A stretch of DNA of 64,000 nt from Myxococcota bacterium (GCA_036339465.1 JAYZAY010000011.1:64001-128000); one strand, 5' to 3'. Shown: positions 39,653-52,262, counted from the first letter of the stretch. Notes: a model not told the origin generated them from the letters alone. Made by a program: numbers and translations.

Positions 39653-41431
39653 TCAGAGATCCAGCAATTCGAGTAAGCCATGATCAGCGGCTAAAATAGT
39701 TTTGAGATAATCGCGGATGAGCCTACTTGGATTGGAGATAGAGCTTTCAAGGATATTGCCCGCCAGTTCTTCGCATTTAGAAACGTTTAGTCGGCGAATG
39801 ACATATTTTGCTTTGGGAATTGAACCGGCGTTCATGCTAAATTTGCGAAACCCAAGCCCTATGAGCGCCGGCAAACAGTTTATGTCTCCTGCCATCTCGC
39901 CGCAGATCGTGAGATTGTCGGTATGTGTGGTGGCTTGTTGGTATATTGTCGATAGCATCCGGAGAACAGGTAAAGAGAGTGGATTGTATAGGTAAGCAAC
40001 ACTGTCGTTTATTCGATCGATGGCGCAAAGATATTGGATGAGATCATTGGTTCCGATGGATAAAAAGTCCACTTTTTCTGCGAGTTGGTCTGTGATTAAG
40101 GCAGTTGCAGGGACTTCAATCATCGCCCCTATTTCCGGCGTGTTTTCCTGCTTCAGCCCTTCTTGCTTGAGTCGATTTGTGATTGTTTGAACTTTCTCCT
40201 TGACGATTCTTAGTTCTTCCAGGGTTGTAAGCATCGGGATCAATATCTTGAAATTGCCGAATTCGGATGCGCGGAGTATGCCTTCTAGTTGATCTTCAAG
40301 CAGCTGATTTTCTTTTAAGGCAAACCGGATGCCCCTTAGGCCTAGAGCCGGGTTGGGTTCTTTGGCTGCTTTTTCTAGTGTGCCGAAAGATTTGTCTGCT
40401 TCGAGATCAAATAACCTCAGGGTGACTGGTGTATTGCCTAATTCATTAAAAATCGAGCAATAGGTTCGGATGTGATGCTCGGTGGTGGGTGGGTTTTCGG
40501 GTGAGAGATAGAGAAACTCTGTTCTATACAGCCCAATGCCTTCACCACCGTTTTCAACAACATTCGATGCCTCGAACGGCAATTCGATATTGCCTTCGAG
40601 GGTGATTTGGACGTTATCTGCGGTTATTGATGGCGAAAATTTATCTCTCAGTATCGCATTATGGGAAGACTGGTAGCGGTGGTTTTTCTGGCGGGCGGTT
40701 TGTAATACCTCGGTTTTTGGATGTAGGGAGACCTCACCTGAAAAACCATCTACGATGATAATGTCGCCGTCTCCAGCGAGGGAAAAAACATTCTTACAGC
40801 CAACCACGGCAGGAATACCCAATGAACGAGCAATAATGGCGGTATGAGATGTGCTGCTACCTTTTTCTGTAACGATAGCTGTAATCCGTCGGTGGCTGAG
40901 GATGACAACATCGACCGGACTGAGATCGTGTGCTATTAAAACGCTTCCAACGCCAACGTCCGCAACCCCTTTGAGCTCTGGGCTAATTCCTACTAGGTTA
41001 CGCAGAACTCGTTCCCCAACAAAATCGATATCGCCACGTCTTTCTTTCAGATATGGGTCATTCATATCCTCGAACATGCTTCGAATCTGTTGAATGATCT
41101 TACTAAAGGCCCATTCTGCGTTTATTTTTTCTGCATGAATAAGTTTCGAGGTATCCGAGAGAAGCTCTTCGTCTTTGAGTATAAGCTCATGTGCCTCAAG
41201 TATAAGCTGATGATCCACGCCATCTTCCATGAATCGAGTGCGAATGCTTTCGAGTTGTGTGACCGATTTTTCTAGGGCTGTTTTAATTCGCGAAATCTCG
41301 AAAGCTTCTTGGCCTCGGATAATATGATTCCGTGGGATACGAATGTGTCTGCGTTCTAGGAGAGAGACTCTTCCGATACAAACACCTTCAGATACACCAA
41401 TACCCTGCAAGCTTTCTTTCTCTGTATTCAT
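39653..41431 (-). CDS. ptsI: PTS enzyme I (PEP-protein phosphotransferase), no GAF domain
   Basis: TSHTAIIARSLGIP (phospho-His), GIGLYRTEF, EPNPALGLRGIR, SIGTNDLIQY, ICGEMA. Confidence 0.95.
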   Translation of the reverse strand: MNTEKESLQGIGVSEGVCIGRVSLLERRHIRIPRNHIIRGQEAFEISRIKTALEKSVTQLESIRTRFMEDGVDHQLILEAHELILKDEELLSDTSKLIHAEKINAEWAFSKIIQQIRSMFEDMNDPYLKERRGDIDFVGERVLRNLVGISPELKGVADVGVGSVLIAHDLSPVDVVILSHRRITAIVTEKGSSTSHTAIIARSLGIPAVVGCKNVFSLAGDGDIIIVDGFSGEVSLHPKTEVLQTARQKNHRYQSSHNAILRDKFSPSITADNVQITLEGNIELPFEASNVVENGGEGIGLYRTEFLYLSPENPPTTEHHIRTYCSIFNELGNTPVTLRLFDLEADKSFGTLEKAAKEPNPALGLRGIRFALKENQLLEDQLEGILRASEFGNFKILIPMLTTLEELRIVKEKVQTITNRLKQEGLKQENTPEIGAMIEVPATALITDQLAEKVDFLSIGTNDLIQYLCAIDRINDSVAYLYNPLSLPVLRMLSTIYQQATTHTDNLTICGEMAGDINCLPALIGLGFRKFSMNAGSIPKAKYVIRRLNVSKCEELAGNILESSISNPSRLIRDYLKTILAADHGLLELLDL

Positions 41432-41709
41432 GATTCGAAATGAAACTTATTGACAATGAGATTTCGGAGGGTGTCTAGACAGGCTTTTGCATCTTCGCCT
41501 TCCGTGGTGATTTCTAATATGGAGCCACACGGAGCAGCTAAAGCTAAAATACCCATGATACTTTTACCGTTGGCCACAATGCCATTGTATTCGATTGTAA
41601 CTTTGGCTTTAAAATTTGAGGTGGTTTGCACAATGACACCGGCGGCACGTAAGTGCAGACCGAGATTGTGCAATATTTCTACTGTTATAGTTTGTTTCGT
41701 GGTCATCAT
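41428..41709 (-). CDS. ptsH: Phosphocarrier protein HPr
   Basis: LGLHLRAA (His15), NGKSIMG (Ser46). Confidence 0.93.
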   Translation of the reverse strand: MMTTKQTITVEILHNLGLHLRAAGVIVQTTSNFKAKVTIEYNGIVANGKSIMGILALAAPCGSILEITTEGEDAKACLDTLRNLIVNKFHFES

Positions 41710-41719
41710 TTCTCCAGCT

Positions 41720-42124
41720 TCACGATGAGGTGAGAACCTCACCGGCGATCACGATGGCGCTCTTGGCTGATTGGCTAACTTGGGTTGCAACGTCCGAGAG
41801 GGGTTGGTCACTTGTAGCGAGAGAGAGGGCCTTCGTGAGCATCGGGAGATTAACGCCAGTTATGACTTCAATTTTTTCTTTAGAGTGCTTGGTCATGGCG
41901 ATGTGGGATGGTGTGCCGCCGAAGAGGTCGGTTAGGATGAGAATACCAGAGCAATTTCGGAGCTTTTGGAGGGCACTGTTGAAGCTTTCTTCAAATGTTT
42001 CGACAGGTTTGTTCAGCTCGACTTCTATAGAATATATATGTTCCATGTTTGCGCAGATCAGGCTAGCTGCTTTGATTAGGCCAGTTGCCAATGGGGCATG
42101 GGTCGCAACGATAATTCCTAGCAT
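41720..42124 (-). CDS. PTS EIIA, mannose/fructose family
   Basis: IIVATHA, LTDLFGGTPS, TGVNLPML. Confidence 0.92.
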   Translation of the reverse strand: MLGIIVATHAPLATGLIKAASLICANMEHIYSIEVELNKPVETFEESFNSALQKLRNCSGILILTDLFGGTPSHIAMTKHSKEKIEVITGVNLPMLTKALSLATSDQPLSDVATQVSQSAKSAIVIAGEVLTSS

Positions 42125-42127
42125 TTT

Positions 42128-43018
42128 TTACCTCGGTATTTCCTTATGCCGTAAATGAATGTGTTCATATGTGCGTTCGAGTTCCGCTTTTACTTGTCGA
42201 GCGATACTCACTGATCGGTGCTGGCCTCCCGTACATCCGATAGCAACAGTCATATAGTGTTTTCCTTCTTTCATGAATTGGGGAATCGTATATTTTACCA
42301 TGTCTGTGATTCGTCGGGTTGTTTCATGAGATTCCGAGAAGTTCATGACATAATCGAAAACTTCCTGCTCTAAACCCGTTTTTGCGCGCAATGATTCCTC
42401 AAAGAATGGGTTTGGGAGGTAGCGAACGTCAAACACTAAGTTTGCCATACTTGGAAGACCATATTTATAGCCGAAGCTTACAAGTTCGATTCTCATGGAT
42501 TCCCCAGGAAATGGTTCAGACACGAGGCGGGATACATTGTCCCGAAGCTGGTGGGGCGACAGATCTGAAGTATTGATGCTTTGGTCCGCCAATTCCAGCA
42601 GGGGTGTTAGCAGTTCTCGCTCTGATGCCATGGCGACTCTGAGGCCTGCCCCAGTGTCCAATGGATGGGGTCGCCGGGTTTGGGAGTACCTCCTCAAGAG
42701 AACATCGTCATGGGCATGGAGGTAGACCAGGGTAGAGGGGGTTTGCGATTTTCGAACATGTTTGACGAGTTTTTCTATGCTCTGACTAAACCCAATGGCT
42801 CTGATATCCAAAATCAGCGCTATCCGTGGAATGTTCCAAGCAATGTTGTGGGTAAAGAGTTCCCGGCAGAGGGGCAATGGGAGGTTATCAATCGTGTAGA
42901 ATCCGAGATCTTCGAGGGCTCTTTTGACCGTTGATTTTCCCGAGCCTGAAGGCCCCGTGATGATCACGATTTCGCCTATTTTCACGATTTCGCCTATTTT
43001 ATTGTCGGGGCTATTCAT
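42128..43018 (-). CDS. rapZ: RNase adapter RapZ (YvcJ/YhbJ)
   Basis: ITGPSGSGKS, IDNLP, SFGYKYG, FDVRYLPNP, GCTGGQHRSV. Confidence 0.95.
   Translation of the reverse strand: MNSPDNKIGEIVKIGEIVIITGPSGSGKSTVKRALEDLGFYTIDNLPLPLCRELFTHNIAWNIPRIALILDIRAIGFSQSIEKLVKHVRKSQTPSTLVYLHAHDDVLLRRYSQTRRPHPLDTGAGLRVAMASERELLTPLLELADQSINTSDLSPHQLRDNVSRLVSEPFPGESMRIELVSFGYKYGLPSMANLVFDVRYLPNPFFEESLRAKTGLEQEVFDYVMNFSESHETTRRITDMVKYTIPQFMKEGKHYMTVAIGCTGGQHRSVSIARQVKAELERTYEHIHLRHKEIPR
42965..43000. repeat. Exact 18-bp tandem duplication at the rapZ 5' end
   Basis: CACGATTTCGCCTATTTT twice, giving KIGEIV-KIGEIV. Confidence 0.95.
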
Positions 43019-43029
43019 GTCTCTACCAT

Positions 43030-43968
43030 CTATATTTCACGTAATTGACGTTCAACGTGGGACTGAAACTCTCTGGCTGAGTCATGTCCCTGAGATTTAA
43101 GAATGTAATTTCTGGCAGCGACCTCTACTATGGATGCGACACTACGGCCAGGGCGAATTGGTAGGGTTATTTTGGGTAATTCTGTATCGATCAATTGTAC
43201 GTATTCGTCGGCGAGCCCCGTTCGGTCGTAATCTGCATTGGGATCCCACTCAACCAGATCGACTATTAAGCTAATCTGTTTCATATTGCATATGGAAGCG
43301 GCGCCAAAGAGATCTTTAACATTGATGATCCCCAATCCTCGGACTTCCATGTGATGCTTTGTAAGTGGGGAGCCGTAGGCCACGAGATGATGACTTTGTT
43401 GGGAGATAATAATCATATCATCGGCAACGAGTCTGTGGCCCCTAAGAATCAGATCTAGCCCGCATTCACTTTTTCCGATACCACTGTTTCCCGTTAGAAT
43501 GACGCCTACTCCGAATACATCCATCAAGACCCCATGGAGGTTGACCTCAGGACTTAAGTGCTTATCGAGAAAGCTGTTAATTCGATTAATAAAGGTGGAT
43601 GAGGCGAGGGGCGTGATGAAGAGAGCGACCTTGTGATTTTCTGCAGCGTTCAATAGTTCCTGGGGAATCGTAAGATTTGTCGTCACGAACACACACGCGA
43701 TGTTGGCGCTAAGCACAGCCCCTAAGGATGACTCTTTTTCCGGTTGCGTGAGGGTTTCAAGGTAGCCGATTTCGGTTTTACCAAAAACGAGGACTCGGTT
43801 GGGGCGGACAGCTTCGGGGTATCCCGCAAGTGCGATGCCTGGTTTTTGAACTCGGCGATGGTTGATCAAACGGTTGAGTCCAGTCTCACCCGCGAGCAAA
43901 TTGAGTTCTAGCTTATGTTGCTCATCTTCGAGAATTGTTTTGACCAATATTTGCATTTGGGCTTTCAT
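43030..43968 (-). CDS. hprK: HPr kinase/phosphorylase
   Basis: HGVLMDVFGVG, GNSGIGKSE, LVADD, MEVRGLGII, IRPGR. Confidence 0.96.
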   Translation of the reverse strand: MKAQMQILVKTILEDEQHKLELNLLAGETGLNRLINHRRVQKPGIALAGYPEAVRPNRVLVFGKTEIGYLETLTQPEKESSLGAVLSANIACVFVTTNLTIPQELLNAAENHKVALFITPLASSTFINRINSFLDKHLSPEVNLHGVLMDVFGVGVILTGNSGIGKSECGLDLILRGHRLVADDMIIISQQSHHLVAYGSPLTKHHMEVRGLGIINVKDLFGAASICNMKQISLIVDLVEWDPNADYDRTGLADEYVQLIDTELPKITLPIRPGRSVASIVEVAARNYILKSQGHDSAREFQSHVERQLREI

Positions 43969-43983
43969 ATGACCTTGGTATCC

Positions 43984-44451
43984 TCAAGTGGGAGAAATTC
44001 GTAGGGTACGTTTGGGGGAATAAGATGAAGACAGTCCTTGGTGAATTGAATCATCTTTGAAGAGTCTCGAAACTCTTGCGAAGGCTTTTAGAGGTATCCC
44101 GTGGGAGCCTGCAGGGACCAAAAGCCCGAAAATAAGCAGGATTGGTCTTCTGTCGATGGCATCAAATGGTGCAGCATCAAATGGTGCTGGGGTTTGGCAT
44201 CGGGCAAATAATGCGACCATTTCCTTGAGTTCAGAAAGTCGAGCGTGTGGCATTGTGTCGCCGTTTCCGATTTTGGTTGAACCGAGTATTTCTCTCTCTA
44301 TCCTGGCGTGTAGGGTTCTCGAATTGTTTAATTGTAGCTGGGGCCGAAGGGGCTCAACTTGGGTAGCAGGTTTTGTTAAGAACTCTTGTATAGAGTTCGC
44401 CTCCAAATCATCTTTAGCCGGTTTTTTATCCAGGCAGGGCGCTATTTTCAT
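43984..44451 (-). CDS. ptsN: PTS EIIA(Ntr)-like protein, degenerate, possibly pseudogenising
   Basis: ERE.LGST.IG.G...PHAR and FDAID..P, with many non-conservative changes and a duplicated APFDA; lies between rpoN and hprK. Confidence 0.75.
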   Translation of the reverse strand: MKIAPCLDKKPAKDDLEANSIQEFLTKPATQVEPLRPQLQLNNSRTLHARIEREILGSTKIGNGDTMPHARLSELKEMVALFARCQTPAPFDAAPFDAIDRRPILLIFGLLVPAGSHGIPLKAFARVSRLFKDDSIHQGLSSSYSPKRTLRISPT

Positions 44452-44485
44452 GGATTTATGGATCAACTGCTAGAGTTTGTTTGTT

Positions 44486-46048
44486 TTAGAATACTTTCTT
44501 GCGTTTGGAGGATGGGGCGATTCCCAACATCTCACGGTATTTTGCCACAGTTCTGCGGGCAATTTTAAGATCAAATTCTTGTAGGGCTTTGACAATTGCC
44601 TGGTCAGAAAGTGGTTTTTGTGGATTCTCATTTGTGACGAGATCTTTAATCCTGTTTCGAACTGATTCTGATGCTACCGAACTTCCTCCCTCTTTTTGAA
44701 TGGATGAATTAAAGAAATATTTTAATTCGTAGGTTCCCCTGGGGGTGTGAACGTATTTATTACTGGTAACTCTCGAAATTGTTGATTCATGCATTTCAAT
44801 GTCATCGGCGACATCTTTTAGGATTAAGGGTTTTAGGTGTTCCGGTCCGTTCTCGAAGAAGTTTTCTTGAAATTTCAAGATGCTTTCCATGACTTTATAA
44901 AGGGTACGCTGACGCATTTGTATACTACGAAGAAGCCATGAGGCACTTCGGACTTTGTCTTGCAGGTAGCTCTTGGCATCGCTGCTCAGATTTGCGCCGG
45001 TTTCATGGTAGTAGTTTGAAATTCTAAGTCGAGGAATGCCTTCCTCATTGGGGATGATAACCCAGGTGCCATTGACTTTCTTAATGTAAATATCGGGGCT
45101 GATGTATTGAGTTGTTCGGGGGTTGAAGGCTCGTCCCGGGCGAGGGTCTAGTTGCTTCAGTATTTCTAGAGTTTCACCAAGAGAGGACATCGGGCAGCCG
45201 AGTTCCTTGGCAATTTTCTTGTATTGTCGGTTTTCGAGTTCAGGAAGAAAGCGGTCGACTACTTGTATTGCGAGTGGCTCTGGTTTGGTCAGTTGGTGTA
45301 GTTGTTTCAGAAGACAATCGCGAATGCTGTAACTCGCTACGCCAATGGGATCTAGGGTCTGTATTTCGGCTACGATTAACTCAAGTTCATCTCGCGTAAT
45401 ACCGTGGACCTCAAGATCCGCCAAGAGAGTAGCAATGATGTCTTCTGGCAGGTAACCATCTTCAGTGAGCTCTTCAATGACGAGATATGAGAGTTGTTTT
45501 TCTCGCTCTGAGAGTCGATTGTGTTGAAGCTGTGCCTTAAGATGGTCGGTCAAGGATGAAGGGGCGGCAACGGTTGCCTCTAGAGACGGTGCATCTTCTA
45601 ATGAGCCCGCTCCGGCACCATTGGGTAGGCCCATACTATAAGAGTCAGCATAATTTTCCCAATCGATGTCCTGTCGCACTTCCTGTGCCGACGGCTCAGG
45701 GTTCGATTCCGTTTGGGCGGATTCTAGGGACTGCATATCCCTCAATATTTCTTGGTCTTCCCTGACTTTTCCCGTGTCGGGGCTCTCGGGGTTAAGACCC
45801 ATCATCCCGTCGTTGTCGAGCTGCGGCCGGTCAATTTCTCGGGGAAGTTCGGTGCTGAGAGGAGCATCTTCCCGACTGTCTGAATCTTGCCCTCTTTCCT
45901 CAAGTACCGGATTTTCTTCCAATTCGTGTTGAATTGCATTGGCCATTTCAAGGTGCGAGAGTTGGAGCAATTTTATAGCTTGTTGCAGCTGAGGCGTCAT
46001 GACCAGCTGTTGTGCCAGTTTTTGCTGTAGTCTTAGCTGAAGGGCCAT
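44486..46048 (-). CDS. rpoN: RNA polymerase sigma-54 factor
   Basis: QQLVMTPQLQQAIKLLQ, HESTISRV, RpoN box ARRTVAKYRE. Confidence 0.98.
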   Translation of the reverse strand: MALQLRLQQKLAQQLVMTPQLQQAIKLLQLSHLEMANAIQHELEENPVLEERGQDSDSREDAPLSTELPREIDRPQLDNDGMMGLNPESPDTGKVREDQEILRDMQSLESAQTESNPEPSAQEVRQDIDWENYADSYSMGLPNGAGAGSLEDAPSLEATVAAPSSLTDHLKAQLQHNRLSEREKQLSYLVIEELTEDGYLPEDIIATLLADLEVHGITRDELELIVAEIQTLDPIGVASYSIRDCLLKQLHQLTKPEPLAIQVVDRFLPELENRQYKKIAKELGCPMSSLGETLEILKQLDPRPGRAFNPRTTQYISPDIYIKKVNGTWVIIPNEEGIPRLRISNYYHETGANLSSDAKSYLQDKVRSASWLLRSIQMRQRTLYKVMESILKFQENFFENGPEHLKPLILKDVADDIEMHESTISRVTSNKYVHTPRGTYELKYFFNSSIQKEGGSSVASESVRNRIKDLVTNENPQKPLSDQAIVKALQEFDLKIARRTVAKYREMLGIAPSSKRKKVF

Positions 46049-46106
46049 AGTGGCATTGTATATAAATCTATGCTCAGAACCAATGAGTTGGTACGATTTT
46101 TGCTAA

Positions 46107-46859
46107 TTATCCAATTTTCATGGAAAAATCTGATCCAAGATACATCCTTTTGGCTTCAGGATGATTGATAACCGTTTCGACTTTGCCTTCCACGAGAATG
46201 CTGCCATCGGCGATAATATAGCTTCTTTCACAAATTTCTAATGTTTCTCGGACGTTATGGTCTGTGATTAAAATGCCAATATTTCTTGAGCGCATGTCCA
46301 GGATAAATTTTCGTATTTCGTTGATCGCGATGGGATCCACACCAGCAAATGGTTCGTCCAGCAGCACAATGGAGGGATTGGTCACCATCGTGCGAGCCAT
46401 CTCAAGACGTCGACGTTCTCCCCCAGAAAGTCGGCTCGCTGGGGTATGACTGACGGGTTCAAGCTGAAAGTCCTCAAGAAGCTTATCTGCAATTTTGATT
46501 GCTTCTTTACCGTTTGTTCCTGCTATTTCTGCTGCGGCTTGCAGATTTTTTTTGGTGGATAGCCCCCGAAAAACAGTGCTCTCTTGGGGAAGGTATGCCA
46601 GTCCTAAGCGGGTACGCTGGTGGAGTGGCATGCCATCAAGTTTGTTAGGGCCGAGTAAGATGGACCCTGCTTCGGGTTGCAGTAATCCTAGGACCAATCG
46701 AAAGGATGTTGTTTTTCCGGCTCCGTTGGGACCCAATAATCCGACAATTTCACCGGGGCTGACTTCGAAACTGACGTCTCGAACCACGGGACGTCTCTGA
46801 AAACTTTTGCGAAGGTTTTTGGCATGCAGCCGAGGTGTAGTGATTTGTTGTTGGGACAC
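46107..46859 (-). CDS. lptB: LPS export ABC ATPase
   Basis: GPNGAGKTT, YLPQE, LSGGERRR, DEPFAGVDPI, TDHNVRETL. Confidence 0.95.
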   Translation of the reverse strand: MSQQQITTPRLHAKNLRKSFQRRPVVRDVSFEVSPGEIVGLLGPNGAGKTTSFRLVLGLLQPEAGSILLGPNKLDGMPLHQRTRLGLAYLPQESTVFRGLSTKKNLQAAAEIAGTNGKEAIKIADKLLEDFQLEPVSHTPASRLSGGERRRLEMARTMVTNPSIVLLDEPFAGVDPIAINEIRKFILDMRSRNIGILITDHNVRETLEICERSYIIADGSILVEGKVETVINHPEAKRMYLGSDFSMKIG

Positions 46860-46864
46860 GCGGC

Positions 46865-47389
46865 TTAGCCTCGAGTATTGGGTCTTGAGGGAAGGGGGCA
46901 GAACTCGGGTAGAGGTTTTCGAGAGTCAATAAAATCAATCGGTTGTACTGAGGATGTGTCTTGGCGAATGATGATTCCTTGGGGACGCTTTACTAGGGCG
47001 TTTTCGGAATTGAGTCGCACCACAATTTCGACGCCAGTCAGCCAACTGGCGCCTCTTTTGAGCAGAGGTGCTCCAGTGAGGACGACTTTGGATTGAGCGG
47101 GATTGTGGTTCGCTTTTTCGGCCCAGACAAGTTCGTTTTTACGTTGCGCCCGAACATTTTGCATACAAATGAGTGAGTTCCAGTTCCAGTTCTCATCGGC
47201 AAAGGCTTCAAAACTATCGCAACAGAGCATCATCTTTTGAGTACGCACCACCACGTTATTGATACATTTTGCACGATGGGTTTGATTGAATATTTCCATT
47301 TGGTCACACCGAAACTCAATGGGGGCATTCTTTGGCTGGTGGGCTTGGCCTCCGATGATGCTTAGCAGTGGCAGTAAATAATGTAACAT
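46865..47389 (-). CDS. lptA: LptA/OstA-family LPS transport protein
   Basis: Signal peptide, PIEFRCDQME, beta-jellyroll pattern (VVLTGAP...LTGVEI); directly upstream of lptB. Confidence 0.7.
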   Translation of the reverse strand: MLHYLLPLLSIIGGQAHQPKNAPIEFRCDQMEIFNQTHRAKCINNVVVRTQKMMLCCDSFEAFADENWNWNSLICMQNVRAQRKNELVWAEKANHNPAQSKVVLTGAPLLKRGASWLTGVEIVVRLNSENALVKRPQGIIIRQDTSSVQPIDFIDSRKPLPEFCPLPSRPNTRG

Positions 47390-47449
47390 CCATTGTGCCT
47401 TGTGTTTGGTGCGGGGCCTAAGACAGCTAGGAGGACGCCTTCACCCTTT

Positions 47450-48463
47450 TTATTCTTTTAATCCAAAATCGCATTTCTTACCAGGGGTTGGTCTGCTCTG
47501 CGGTCGTGTTTTCCACCGGGAATGCAGCCAAACCCACTGTTCTGGGAACATGCGAATCGCTTCTTCTAAGCGTTGATTGAGGGCTGTGGTGAGTGAGAGA
47601 ATGGCTTCGTCACTCATTTCTTGGTGTTTGTATTCGAATCGCTCCAAGTGAATTTTGTATTGATTCCCAGTTCGGTGGATCCAACCCACGATGATTGGGG
47701 CTTGGGTCCTCAGTGCGAAAAGCGCTGGGGCGCTTGGGGTCCATGCTTCTTGGTTGAAAAAGGGAGAAAAAACCCCGGGTACTTTAGTGTCTTGGTCAAT
47801 CAGAAGTCCCAGGATTCGCTGCCGTTTGAATGTTCGTAGAATTTCCTTAGGGCTCGAATTGGTGCCTCGCCAAAGAACCTCCATGCCGTGACGTCCCCGC
47901 CATTGGTCCACCCAGTGGGTGAGTCGTGGATCATAGGTTGGTTTCGCAACAGAGGTAATGGGATAGCCTTCCTTAGCCAAGACTTGAGCCAGTAATTCCC
48001 ATGGTCCGATATGTCCGGTGACGGCGATGACCCCTTTCTTTTCTGCCACGGCATCATCGAGGAGTGTTCGTTGTTCTGCTGTGAGTTTAAGGGTGGGGTC
48101 TTGGGTGATGAGTTTGTCACAATGGATGGCTTCAACACTGGCCATGGCCAGGTGGACGAACATTTTTTCCACAAGTCCTCGAGCCTCGACGTTATCGCCA
48201 TTACTATAGTGGGAGCTAACTTGGGCGATGGCACGCCGCTCTTCCTTTTTGGCTATAAGTCTTGCCTGTATTCCCAGGAGTTTTGCTATTTTACGACAGA
48301 TCGGAAAGGGAATTCGTTCCAGGGCCTTAAAGAGTAGACGCAATACGATGAAAATGAGATTATTCTTGATTCGTTGTAGGGGGGGCCACGGGGGTAATTC
48401 AATGGAGGAGAAGTCTTGTGGTGTGGAATTTTGCCGCTCGGCGTCAGGTGATTGTTCAGACAT
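47450..48463 (-). CDS. Lipid A late acyltransferase (LpxL/HtrB family)
   Basis: TGHIGPWE, LIDQD, FFN, PEQWVWLHSRWK. Confidence 0.9.
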   Translation of the reverse strand: MSEQSPDAERQNSTPQDFSSIELPPWPPLQRIKNNLIFIVLRLLFKALERIPFPICRKIAKLLGIQARLIAKKEERRAIAQVSSHYSNGDNVEARGLVEKMFVHLAMASVEAIHCDKLITQDPTLKLTAEQRTLLDDAVAEKKGVIAVTGHIGPWELLAQVLAKEGYPITSVAKPTYDPRLTHWVDQWRGRHGMEVLWRGTNSSPKEILRTFKRQRILGLLIDQDTKVPGVFSPFFNQEAWTPSAPALFALRTQAPIIVGWIHRTGNQYKIHLERFEYKHQEMSDEAILSLTTALNQRLEEAIRMFPEQWVWLHSRWKTRPQSRPTPGKKCDFGLKE

Positions 48464-48469
48464 TCTGGT

Positions 48470-48991
48470 TTAGTAAGGCCATTTTCCTTGGGCACGCAAG
48501 ATTGTTTCACAACATTCTCTGGCCGCACCTTGTCCACCTTGACTTGTTAGGATCCAGTCAGCTTTTTCTTTGAGTTCGATAACAGCATCGTTTACGGCAA
48601 TTCTTAGACCAACGGCTTTAAAGGCGGCAAGGTCGATGATATCGTCTCCAACGAATGCGCTTTTCTCGGGAGAGACGTTTAGATCGCGACAGACTTGTTT
48701 GACCATCTCTTCTTTATCGTGGCATTTGCCGTGAATTGCATGGACACCGAGTTCCGAGAAACGAGCTTGAGCAATATCTATGGGCCGCCCTGAGATAATT
48801 GCGGATTTCAGACTGGCGCGATTCCAGAGGGCCAAGCCGATACCATCTTTAGCGCTAAATTTGAGCCAGCGGTCGCCGGAGTCACTATAAAAAAGTCCGC
48901 CGTCGGTGAGGACACCATCGCAATCGAAGAAGATTGCTTCGATTCTCTCTAGTTTCTCCAGGGGTGGCACTGCCAGGTTTTGTTGGTTCAT
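48470..48991 (-). CDS. kdsC: KDO 8-phosphate phosphatase
   Basis: DCDGVLTDG, KDG.G, GDDIIDL, GGQGAARE. Confidence 0.93.
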   Translation of the reverse strand: MNQQNLAVPPLEKLERIEAIFFDCDGVLTDGGLFYSDSGDRWLKFSAKDGIGLALWNRASLKSAIISGRPIDIAQARFSELGVHAIHGKCHDKEEMVKQVCRDLNVSPEKSAFVGDDIIDLAAFKAVGLRIAVNDAVIELKEKADWILTSQGGQGAARECCETILRAQGKWPY

Positions 48992-49000
48992 GATGGCTCT

Positions 49001-49821
49001 TTATGCTCTATTGGGCCGAAGGAGTTGCTCTATTTTAGATACTTCTTCAATTGTTTGCTTGAGAAGAGGAAAGTCTAAGGAGTTGGGCCCGTCGGATTTT
49101 GCCAAATCTGGCTCCGGGTGCACCTCGCAGAATAGCCCATCGATGCCGGCAGCGGTAGCGGCGCGGGCAAGGATGGGCGCCAAAGTTCTGTCCCCGCCGG
49201 TAGTGTCTTGTTGGCTGGCTGGTTTTTGGACCGAATGGGTGGCGTCAAAGATGACCGGACACTGACACCCTTCACGCATTGTCCGAAAGCCTCGCATATC
49301 GACCACGAGATTGTCGTAGCCAAAGGTGGATCCACGTTCGGTGACTGCAATATGTCTTCCACCGCCTTCTCTGAACTTATTGGTTACATGTGTCATGGCA
49401 TCTGGTGCCAGAAATTGTCCCTTTTTAATGCAAGTTGGCCGTCCTGTTTTAGCTGCGGCGAGAATGAGGTCCGTTTGTCTACACAGAAATGCGGGGATCT
49501 GGAGCACATCGACTACTTCCGCGACCATCTCGGCTTGGGATGGGCAATGAAAGTCTGTAAGCACAGGGACATTGAACTCTGTTTGGATGTGTCGGAGGAT
49601 TTCGAGCCCCTTCTGAATACCGGGACCACGGTAGGAGTTCATGGAGGTTCGGTTCGCTTTATCGAATGATGCTTTAAATATATAGGACAGGCCATACTGC
49701 GTGCATGTTTCTAAGGTAAATTCGGCAACTTTTCGGCAAGTATCTAGGGACTCAGCGACGCAGGGGCCAGCAATCAGGGTCATTTTTCGTTTTTCAAAGA
49801 GGTCCGCAACATTCGGATGCA

Positions 49822-49822
<1 letters not shown>
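49001..49822 (-). CDS. kdsA: KDO 8-phosphate synthase
   Basis: AGPCVAE, KASFDKANRTS, QIPAFLCRQTDL, DATHSVQ. Confidence 0.97.
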
Positions 49823-52192
<2,370 letters not shown>

Positions 52193-52262
52193 GATGGGAT
52201 TGGCCTATAGGAGTCATCACTGACTTTCGTCAAGAGTTAATTAAGGGTTGAGTGCAAAAGAA

